Assembly (NCBI GenBank): GCA_965183885.1
Contig: OZ238992.1
Span: 1,572,528 to 1,636,527, forward strand
Reading direction: 5' to 3'
DNA length: 64,000 bases
Source: Flavobacteriales bacterium
GTDB taxonomy: Bacteria; Bacteroidota; Bacteroidia; Flavobacteriales; BACL11
Of the stretch, positions 56,948 through 64,000 are shown piece after piece. The position numbers and the translations under genes are program-made. The notes below the pieces were generated by a model. It was not told where the DNA came from, searched no databases, and saw only the letters and a list, made by a program, of their open reading frames with translations. Positions within the stretch are counted from its first letter, which is position 1. Every line of letters begins with the position of its first letter.

Positions 56948-57930
56948 TGCTCAAACACTTAAAAAACAGAGTAGATAGTTTTTTTAAGTCAGAAACAAAT
57001 AATAAAAAGATAAGTACTTATACTTTATTCCTTTTTATCTCCTTTTCTTTTTGGTTTTTAAGTATGCTTTCAAAGCAGCATGAAACCACTTTAAACGTTC
57101 CAGTAAAATATTCTAATTTTCCTACAGATAAAATTGTAGTAGGTTCTATTTTAGATAATATTCAAGTTCGAGTAAAAGCTTCAGGGTTTTCAATAGTCTC
57201 ATATAATCTATTTACTTCATCTAAATTGGAGCTAAATTTAGAAGTAGCAAATACTAAACCTAATAATAATGGGGTTGAGGTGTTCTGGATAATGAGTAGT
57301 AATAGGAAAGCAATAGCAGAGGTCTTGCCGTCAGCAATGGAAATAATAGCAGTGCTTCCTGTAAAGATAAGTATTCCTTTAAAGGATAAGGCTAAAAAGA
57401 AAATAGCTGTAGAATTAAAAGAAGAAATTAGTTTAAAGCCAGAGCTTTGGTATGCTTCTCCTGTAGCGTTAACCCCTGATAGTATTATTGTTTATGGAGA
57501 GCAAAACCAATTAGATACTATAAATACAATAAAAACAACCTTATTGAAAATAGTTGATCTTACTGAGGATGAGAGAGTTAAGGTGGTGTTAACCCCTGTT
57601 GAAGGCTTGGAGTATAAGCAAGATTATATTGATGTTAGTATTGCTGTTGAGCCTTTTGTAGAAGAGGTGATTACTCAAGATATAAAGGTAGAAAACCTAA
57701 AGCCAGGCTATTCTATTAAATTATTTCCTGATCAGCTTGCAGTTACTCTAAGGGTTTCAAAAAATAAATATAGTATACTAAAGACTGACTTTTTAAGTGT
57801 TGTAGTTGATGCTTCAACAATCTCAGAAGGGAACAATACACTTGATCCAAAAATTGAAAATCTACCTCCTTTTATTCAGCTGCAAAGGATATATCCTTCA
57901 AGAGTAGAATTCTTATTGATTAAGGAGTAG
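56947..57930 (+). CDS. YbbR/CdaR-like domain membrane protein
   Basis: N-terminal TM (FLFISFSFWFL), repeated P..V.V.G beta modules; follows yajC. Confidence 0.78.
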   Translation: MLKHLKNRVDSFFKSETNNKKISTYTLFLFISFSFWFLSMLSKQHETTLNVPVKYSNFPTDKIVVGSILDNIQVRVKASGFSIVSYNLFTSSKLELNLEVANTKPNNNGVEVFWIMSSNRKAIAEVLPSAMEIIAVLPVKISIPLKDKAKKKIAVELKEEISLKPELWYASPVALTPDSIIVYGEQNQLDTINTIKTTLLKIVDLTEDERVKVVLTPVEGLEYKQDYIDVSIAVEPFVEEVITQDIKVENLKPGYSIKLFPDQLAVTLRVSKNKYSILKTDFLSVVVDASTISEGNNTLDPKIENLPPFIQLQRIYPSRVEFLLIKE

Positions 57931-58978
57931 GTTTGATTTGAATAGTAGCGCTTATAGGATAATGATCTGATAGTTTTTGATCATATTTTTTATAATTTGA
58001 GCTTTTTAGTGTGCTGTCATGAAGTATGTAATCAATTCTTAATCCTGGTATTTTTATAAAGGATTGCCCAATTCCTTTTCCTGATTCTTTAAATGAATCG
58101 TTTAGGTTTTTACTAATAGTTGAGTAAGCAAAAGATAAAGGGGTGTCATTAAAATCACCACATAAAATAATTGGGTAGGGTGATGTTTGCATATGTTCTT
58201 TAATTGCTAGTACTTCATTAGCTCTTTTTTGATAACTACTTTTCATTCTTTCAGTAATGCTGCTAATGCCTTTCTTTAAAGAGTCTGTATTGATTGAGGG
58301 CTTGTTAATGAAGGAGTAATCACTTTTCTTAAACCAATTAGATGCCAGGTGGACATTATATACTCTTATAGTATCACTTTTAATTACAATATCAGAGTAG
58401 ATGCAAGTGTTATTCATTCTCTCCCCTTTAATGCTTACAGTAGCTTTATTAATTTGAGGGTAATTACTGTATATGGCCATATGCCATTGGCTCTTTTTAC
58501 TTTGTAATCCTATATGTCTAAAACTGTAGTCTAAATTAGGGATTTTATCAGGGGCGTAAAACTCTTGTATACAAAGTATATCAGGTTTTTCTTCTTTAAT
58601 AAAAGAAAAAATATCTGACTTTATATTATTGTTGTCTATCCAGTTGTAAGCATTGAATAACCTTACATTATAGGATAAAACCTTTATGTTTTCTGAAGAT
58701 TTATTATTAGGGTTTGTTCCTGCAAAAAGACTGATGTATTGTATTCCTATTAGAAGTACAATAATATTTGCTAGCATTTGTTTTTTTAATTTTATAACCC
58801 AATAGATTAAAAAACCAATATTTATAGCATAAAATATTGGGAATAGCAAGCCAAAAAATGAAATAGGCCAAAAAGTATTTGGATTAATATATGGAGATAA
58901 GTAGGATAATATTAGAGCTAATAAAACTAAAGTGTTTACTAGATACAAAGCTTTATTTATTAATGATAATCCTTTCAT
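57920..58978 (-). CDS. Endonuclease/exonuclease/phosphatase family membrane protein
   Basis: LSYNV, DILCIQE, NVHL.S, CGDFND, RIDYI, SDHYP. Confidence 0.92.
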   Translation of the reverse strand: MKGLSLINKALYLVNTLVLLALILSYLSPYINPNTFWPISFFGLLFPIFYAINIGFLIYWVIKLKKQMLANIIVLLIGIQYISLFAGTNPNNKSSENIKVLSYNVRLFNAYNWIDNNNIKSDIFSFIKEEKPDILCIQEFYAPDKIPNLDYSFRHIGLQSKKSQWHMAIYSNYPQINKATVSIKGERMNNTCIYSDIVIKSDTIRVYNVHLASNWFKKSDYSFINKPSINTDSLKKGISSITERMKSSYQKRANEVLAIKEHMQTSPYPIILCGDFNDTPLSFAYSTISKNLNDSFKESGKGIGQSFIKIPGLRIDYILHDSTLKSSNYKKYDQKLSDHYPISATIQIKPTP

Positions 58979-59853
58979 TTTTTACTAGCGCTAAATAAAG
59001 TTGCTTTTTCCTCCTTACTTAAACTCTCATACCCTGATTTTGCAATTTTTTCTAATACTATATTAACTGCTTTTTGTTCTGCTACTTTTTCAGTATTGAA
59101 TTGTTTATCAGTTTTTGGTCGTTTATGCACTGTCTTTAGTTTGCTTTTGGGCTTAAACATTGTGCTTGTGCTATCTAGGAAGCTTGTAAACGACTTAGAG
59201 TAATCATTTCCTTTTTGGAGTTGCTTAATATATAGGTAGCCAAAAAGTGCTCCTCCTAAGTGAGCAATATGTCCTCCTGCATTTCCTTTTGGGATACTGA
59301 TTATATCAAGTGCTATACTAAATAGGGCAATATGTTTTAATTTTACAAAACCAATAAATGGAAATTGAACACTATAATTTGGGGTGTAGGTTGCTATAGC
59401 AGCTACTATTGCTAGTACTGAGGCTGATGCTCCTAAGGCTTTGGCATTGTAGGTGTATTGTTGCAGTTCTGGAATAAAATTAAATGCAATAATAAACAGG
59501 AGTCCACCACTAATTCCTCCTAATATATAAGTACTTAATAGTTGTTTTGAGTTGAGGTATTGTAGGAATAGTTTTCCGCCAAAGTGTAACCATAACATAT
59601 TAATAAGTAAATGGAGAAAACCATTATGAAGGAACATATAGCTGATAAGTGTCCATGGTTGTGTTGCTAGTTGTTCTCCAGAAGCAGGTAAATATAAACG
59701 CTCAAGTATAGGGTTGAGGTTAAATTGAAACATAAATGAGAATACTCCTAAAATACTGAATACTAAAAACAGACCTACATTAATATAGATAAGCTTATGC
59801 AGCATACTTCCTTTTTGGAATTCCTGTATTAATTTGTTGTATAAATTATTCAT
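58975..59853 (-). CDS. Rhomboid intramembrane serine protease with C-terminal extension
   Basis: YMFLH..HL..NM, GASA, HIAHLGG; tail ..ILEKI..SGYESLS.EEK. Confidence 0.92.
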   Translation of the reverse strand: MNNLYNKLIQEFQKGSMLHKLIYINVGLFLVFSILGVFSFMFQFNLNPILERLYLPASGEQLATQPWTLISYMFLHNGFLHLLINMLWLHFGGKLFLQYLNSKQLLSTYILGGISGGLLFIIAFNFIPELQQYTYNAKALGASASVLAIVAAIATYTPNYSVQFPFIGFVKLKHIALFSIALDIISIPKGNAGGHIAHLGGALFGYLYIKQLQKGNDYSKSFTSFLDSTSTMFKPKSKLKTVHKRPKTDKQFNTEKVAEQKAVNIVLEKIAKSGYESLSKEEKATLFSASKK

Positions 59854-60591
59854 TTAGTAAAATTGGGTGTGGTTTTTTTGCCAATATTTAAGAATAATAT
59901 ATCCGAATAACATACCTCCAAGGTGAGCAAAGTGTGCTATATTATCAGCAGGGTTGTTACTAATCCCTGTGTATATTTCGTATATCCCAAAAGCAATAAC
60001 AACATATTTTGTTTTTATAGGAATGGTAAAGAAAAGGTATATTAATGTGTTTGGGAATAACATTCCAAAGGCTAATAAAATACCAAATACTGCTCCTGAG
60101 GCTCCAACTGTAGGAGCATGAATTAGCCAGTTTAATTTGCCCATTGTTGGGTGAGCATAATTTTGAAATCTTGCTAATAATTGTCCTCCATCTTCTAATA
60201 AAGTATTTAGGTCATTAGGGTTTACCTGGCTTTGTAAACTCCATATTTCGTATTGGTTTATTCCTAAGTGAATAAAGGCTGCTCCTATTCCTGTTATCAT
60301 ATAATAGGTAAGAAATCTTTTCCCTCCCCATACATTTTCAAGTATTTTTCCAAACATCCATAAAGCAAACATATTGGAAAATAGATGTCTAAAGTTGCTA
60401 TGCATAAAAATGTGAGTAATAAACTGATGGGGCATAAAGTAAGGAGATTGAAACTGGTGTAGGGCAAACCATTTAGTAAGGTTTATTCCGTAAGTTTCTA
60501 AAGAAACAGTAGCTAAAAAAAACAATACATTTATGATAAGTAAGTTTTTTACTATTTCGGGCAATTGACTATAACTAGAGGGTCTGTACAT
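59854..60591 (-). CDS. Rhomboid intramembrane serine protease
   Basis: FMH..HL.SNM, VGASGAVFG, AHFAHLGG. Confidence 0.93.
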   Translation of the reverse strand: MYRPSSYSQLPEIVKNLLIINVLFFLATVSLETYGINLTKWFALHQFQSPYFMPHQFITHIFMHSNFRHLFSNMFALWMFGKILENVWGGKRFLTYYMITGIGAAFIHLGINQYEIWSLQSQVNPNDLNTLLEDGGQLLARFQNYAHPTMGKLNWLIHAPTVGASGAVFGILLAFGMLFPNTLIYLFFTIPIKTKYVVIAFGIYEIYTGISNNPADNIAHFAHLGGMLFGYIILKYWQKNHTQFY

Positions 60592-60593
60592 AT

Positions 60594-62351
60594 TTAAAAA
60601 TATTTTTCTAAATCAGTTGTGTTTAAATTGATCATTGTTGGTTTTCCTAAAGGGCATATGCTAGGATTTTCACATTTAAATAATTCGTCTTTTAAGCTTT
60701 TTATTTCTTCTTCACTTAATTTTTTGTGCTCATTTATTGCAAGACTGTTTGCTAGTGAAACGGCTAAGCTATTGTTTTGTTTTGTATGTAATTCCTCGCT
60801 ATTTTTATGTTGTTCAATCAAATATTCTATTACAAATTGTAAGTTTTCTTCTTGGCATTCTGGAGGTATTCCAGTAATAGAAATATGATCATTCTCTATA
60901 GTTTTAAATAAAAAACCTACAGCCTTTAATTTATTTTCTAATTCTGTAACAATAGTTATGTCTTGTTTGTTAAGTGCTATTTCTTTTGGAAATAATAATT
61001 GTTGAGACTGTCCTGTGTTATTTGCTAATAGGTTGCTGAAATATTCAAATAAAATACGGCTATGGGCTCTGTTTTGGTGTATAAGTGTAAAACCATTATT
61101 AGTTGGAGTTAAAATAAATTTATTGCTAATTTGTATAGCTTCATTGCTATAGCTTTCATCATTAAAAGAAGTTAGAAGGCTTAAAGCTTCTTCATTAATA
61201 CCTTCATAGAGATTAATTACTTCATCTTTCTGCTGCTTATTTTTTCCAAAAGGGTTGTAAGAGGCATCAACTTTAATTTGGGGTTGCCTAACAGGTTTTT
61301 CTTCCTTTAAACTAGGGCTAATGTCAAATGATAATTCCTGTGAAAAATCTAAAGTAGGGGCAATGTTATATTGCCCTAATGAACGTTTAACACTGGCTCT
61401 TATAATAGCATAAATAGCTTTTTCATCTTCAAACTTTATTTCAGTTTTTGTGGGATGTATATTTATATCAATTAACCTAGGGTTAATTTTTAAGTTTATA
61501 AAGTAGGATGGAAAATAATTATGAGGGATTAAGTCCTCAAAAGCTTTGCTTATAGCATGTTGGAGGTAATGACTTTTAATAAATCGTCCGTTTACAAAAA
61601 AGTACTGCTCTCCTCTTGTGCGCTTTGCTGCTGCTGGTTTCCCAATAAATCCACTTATTTTTACAAGTGTAGTTTCTTCTTCTATAGGTACTAACTGCTC
61701 ATTTTTTTTGCCGCCAATAACATTTACAATTCTTTGTCTGAAGTTAGTATTTGCTAAATGAAAGATTTCAATATTATTATGAAAAAGTTGCATTTTTACT
61801 GAAGGGTTTGCAAGTGCTACTCGAGTAAACTCCTCAATAATATGTCGCATTTCTACTTTGTCGGACTTTAAGAAGTTACGCCTAGCAGGAACATTATAAA
61901 ATAGATTTTTAACTTTTATTGAAGTTCCATTTGCACAAGCACAATCTTCTTGCTTTTTTATTTCACTTCCTTCAATTATTAAATGTGTACCAAGCTCGTT
62001 ACTGGTAAGTTTTGTTTGTACTTCAACATGTGCTATGGCTGCTATTGATGCCATTGCTTCTCCTCTAAATCCCATAGTTTTTATGGCAAATAAATCATCA
62101 GCATCTTTTATTTTGGAAGTAGCGTGGCGTTCAAAACACATGCGTACATCTGTTTCGCTCATACCACAGCCATTATCAACAATTTGTAAAAGTGTTTTCC
62201 CTGCATCTTTTACAATGAGTTGAATCTCAGTAGCTCCTGAGTCCAATGCATTTTCAAGCATTTCTTTTACTGCTGATGCGGGTCTTTGTATAACTTCACC
62301 TGCTGCAATTTGGTTAGCAACATGGTCGGGTAATAGTTGTATAATATCCAA
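60594..62351 (-). CDS. mutL: DNA mismatch repair protein MutL
   Basis: VANQIAAGEV.QRPAS.VKE..EN..D, DNGCGM, RHATSKI, GFRGEA, D.N.HPTK.E. Confidence 0.96.
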   Translation of the reverse strand: MDIIQLLPDHVANQIAAGEVIQRPASAVKEMLENALDSGATEIQLIVKDAGKTLLQIVDNGCGMSETDVRMCFERHATSKIKDADDLFAIKTMGFRGEAMASIAAIAHVEVQTKLTSNELGTHLIIEGSEIKKQEDCACANGTSIKVKNLFYNVPARRNFLKSDKVEMRHIIEEFTRVALANPSVKMQLFHNNIEIFHLANTNFRQRIVNVIGGKKNEQLVPIEEETTLVKISGFIGKPAAAKRTRGEQYFFVNGRFIKSHYLQHAISKAFEDLIPHNYFPSYFINLKINPRLIDINIHPTKTEIKFEDEKAIYAIIRASVKRSLGQYNIAPTLDFSQELSFDISPSLKEEKPVRQPQIKVDASYNPFGKNKQQKDEVINLYEGINEEALSLLTSFNDESYSNEAIQISNKFILTPTNNGFTLIHQNRAHSRILFEYFSNLLANNTGQSQQLLFPKEIALNKQDITIVTELENKLKAVGFLFKTIENDHISITGIPPECQEENLQFVIEYLIEQHKNSEELHTKQNNSLAVSLANSLAINEHKKLSEEEIKSLKDELFKCENPSICPLGKPTMINLNTTDLEKYF

Positions 62352-62364
62352 TGCTTATCTGGCG

Positions 62365-62604
62365 TTAATTCATTAATAAATTGTAAGCCAACAAAGATAA
62401 AATAATTATCAGGAAAATAATTCTCCTTGCTCTTCCTTTTTGTGCAGGATGCTTAAGGTTATTGCGTTTAAATTTTAAAGGTGATTTTCCTTCTTTTTTT
62501 AGTTGTGCAATTCTTTCTTTTTGAGCATCATAGTATCTAGGTTTAAATTTAAACTCTTTTACTGCTACTGATTTAAAAAATGAAGGTAATTTAGGTGCTG
62601 GCAT
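62365..62604 (-). CDS. Small basic hypothetical protein with C-terminal TM helix
   Basis: F.F.PRYY motif, hydrophobic C-terminus; TATTTTTG at 62611-62618 upstream; precedes mutL. Confidence 0.75.
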   Translation of the reverse strand: MPAPKLPSFFKSVAVKEFKFKPRYYDAQKERIAQLKKEGKSPLKFKRNNLKHPAQKGRARRIIFLIIILSLLAYNLLMN

Positions 62605-62711
62605 AGCTTACAAAAATAGAAAAAAGGTGTTAATAATTTTAGTTAATAAGTATTGATTTTCTAATTTCTATTTTCTTTTGTTAATAGTTCTATTTCCTAA
62701 TTTTACCAGCT

Positions 62712-64000
62712 ATGAAAGATATTAGATTCCTTTTTTTGTTAATGATTGCTTTGCTTAGCAATAGTGTTGTGTTAAAGGCACAGAACAAAGCAGTATTTTT
62801 AAATGAAGATTTTCATTGGGTAGATAGTATTATGAATAGTTTATCTGAGGATGAACGAATAGCGCAGTTATTTATGGTTGCGGCTTATTCCAATAAGTCC
62901 GAGGATCATAAAAAGGAAATAGCCTACCTGATAACAGAGTATAAGATAGGAGGAGTAATGTTTTTGCAGGGAGGCCCTTTAAGACAGGCTAAGCTTACAA
63001 ATTATTATCAGTCAATAGCTAACACACCACTTATGGTAGCAATTGATGGAGAGTGGGGGGTAGCAATGCGTTTAGATTCTGCTTTGCGTTTTCCATGGCA
63101 AATGACTCTAGGGGCTATTGAAGATACAAATCTGATTTATGATATGGGTGTAGAAGTAGCTCGTCAATGTAAATTATTAGGAATTCATATTAATTTTGCT
63201 CCAGTAGTTGATGTGAATTCTAATCCTAAAAATCCTATTATCAATAATCGTTCATTTGGAGAAAATCCTGAGAAAGTTGCAAAAATGGGAATTGCATATA
63301 TGAAAGGAATGCAAGATAATAGGGTATTGGCCTGTGCAAAACACTTTCCAGGGCATGGAGATACTGATGCAGATTCTCACAAAACATTACCTGTAGTAAA
63401 TCATAATAGAAAAAGGCTTGATGAAATAGAATTGTTTCCTTTTAAAAATTTGATTAATAATGGTTTGGGGTCTGTAATGGTAGCGCATCTTAATATTCCA
63501 GCTTTGGATAATTCTGATGCTAAGGCAGTTAGTTTGTCACCTAAAGTAGTAAATGGATTATTAAAAGAGGAGTTAGGGTTTACAGGTTTAGTAATTACTG
63601 ATGGTTTAAACATGAAAGGTGTAAGCCAATTTTATGAGCCAGGAAAAGTTGATATTGAAGCTTTAAAAGCAGGTAATGATGTTTTATTATTTGCTCAGGA
63701 TGTTCCAAAAGCAATTGAAGAAATTAAAATTGCAATAAAAGCTGGTGCAATTACACAAAAAGAAATTGATTTAAGGTGTAAGAAAATATTAAAAGCAAAG
63801 CAGTGGATGGGCTTGGATAATTATACTCCAGTTAATCTTGATAAAGTAGATGAAGAAATTATTACTCCTAAAACAAGAGTTATTGATAGGGAGTTAGTTG
63901 CTGCATCTTTAACTTTACTACAAAATTATGATAACTTATTACCTTTAAAACGTTTGGATACTCTGCGTATAGCATCTGTGGTTGTAGGTGAGGATGGAAG
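62712..64000 (+). CDS. GH3 beta-N-acetylglucosaminidase (NagZ-type; partial, runs off window end)
   Basis: Manual translation: signal peptide, WVDSIM..LS..ERIAQLFMV, IDGEWG..MRL, NFAPVVDVN.NP.NPII..RSFGE, KHFPGHGDTDADSH. Confidence 0.93.
   Translation, partial: MKDIRFLFLLMIALLSNSVVLKAQNKAVFLNEDFHWVDSIMNSLSEDERIAQLFMVAAYSNKSEDHKKEIAYLITEYKIGGVMFLQGGPLRQAKLTNYYQSIANTPLMVAIDGEWGVAMRLDSALRFPWQMTLGAIEDTNLIYDMGVEVARQCKLLGIHINFAPVVDVNSNPKNPIINNRSFGENPEKVAKMGIAYMKGMQDNRVLACAKHFPGHGDTDADSHKTLPVVNHNRKRLDEIELFPFKNLINNGLGSVMVAHLNIPALDNSDAKAVSLSPKVVNGLLKEELGFTGLVITDGLNMKGVSQFYEPGKVDIEALKAGNDVLLFAQDVPKAIEEIKIAIKAGAITQKEIDLRCKKILKAKQWMGLDNYTPVNLDKVDEEIITPKTRVIDRELVAASLTLLQNYDNLLPLKRLDTLRIASVVVGEDG

Noticed and set aside
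18644-63613. Remaining short track ORFs overlapping trkAH, addAB, the C25 gene, uvrA, thrS, the carboxyltransferase, lepB, dapB, parB, leuDH, mutL and the GH3 gene
   Set aside because: All overlap conserved genes on the opposite strand or in another frame and show no recognisable motifs.
1-64000. CRISPR arrays, tRNA/rRNA genes, IS elements, prophage or defence islands
   Set aside because: No spaced direct repeats, cloverleaf-like GC-rich segments, transposase, integrase or phage genes recognised; intergenic gaps are short and AT-rich.

Overview
AT-rich, densely packed chromosomal segment from a Bacteroidota genome, most likely Flavobacteriales. This is inferred from TAnnTTTG promoters, the bat operon, T9SS cargo, and the parA-parB-DUF5683-dapB-lepB-wbqC and leuDH-nusB-DUF1573-yajC gene orders. 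Most of the window is housekeeping: moxR-DUF58-batA-E, truA, trkAH, an AddAB-like helicase/nuclease pair, ruvX, uvrA, ECF sigma, nth, recA, thrS-infC-rpmI-rplT, a carboxyltransferase, parAB, nusB, yajC, two rhomboids, mutL and a GH3 NagZ-type enzyme. The unusual part is the first 20 kb, which holds four Cys-rich modular secreted proteins. One, missed by the ORF track, carries a convincing Reelin-subrepeat-like domain. Two others lie in inverted orientation and share a collinear 819-nt C-terminal module containing a 198-bp block with a single mismatch, and a vestigial in-frame N-terminal stub sits ahead of one of them. Together this suggests head-swapping or gene conversion among T9SS type-B surface proteins. 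Also notable are a Kgp-like (Lys-gingipain) C25 protease, a divergent M3 peptidase, an ATC-initiated infC and several apparently leaderless genes. No rRNA, tRNA, CRISPR array, integrase, transposase or reverse transcriptase was seen. All family calls come from motif recognition by eye, not from database searches.
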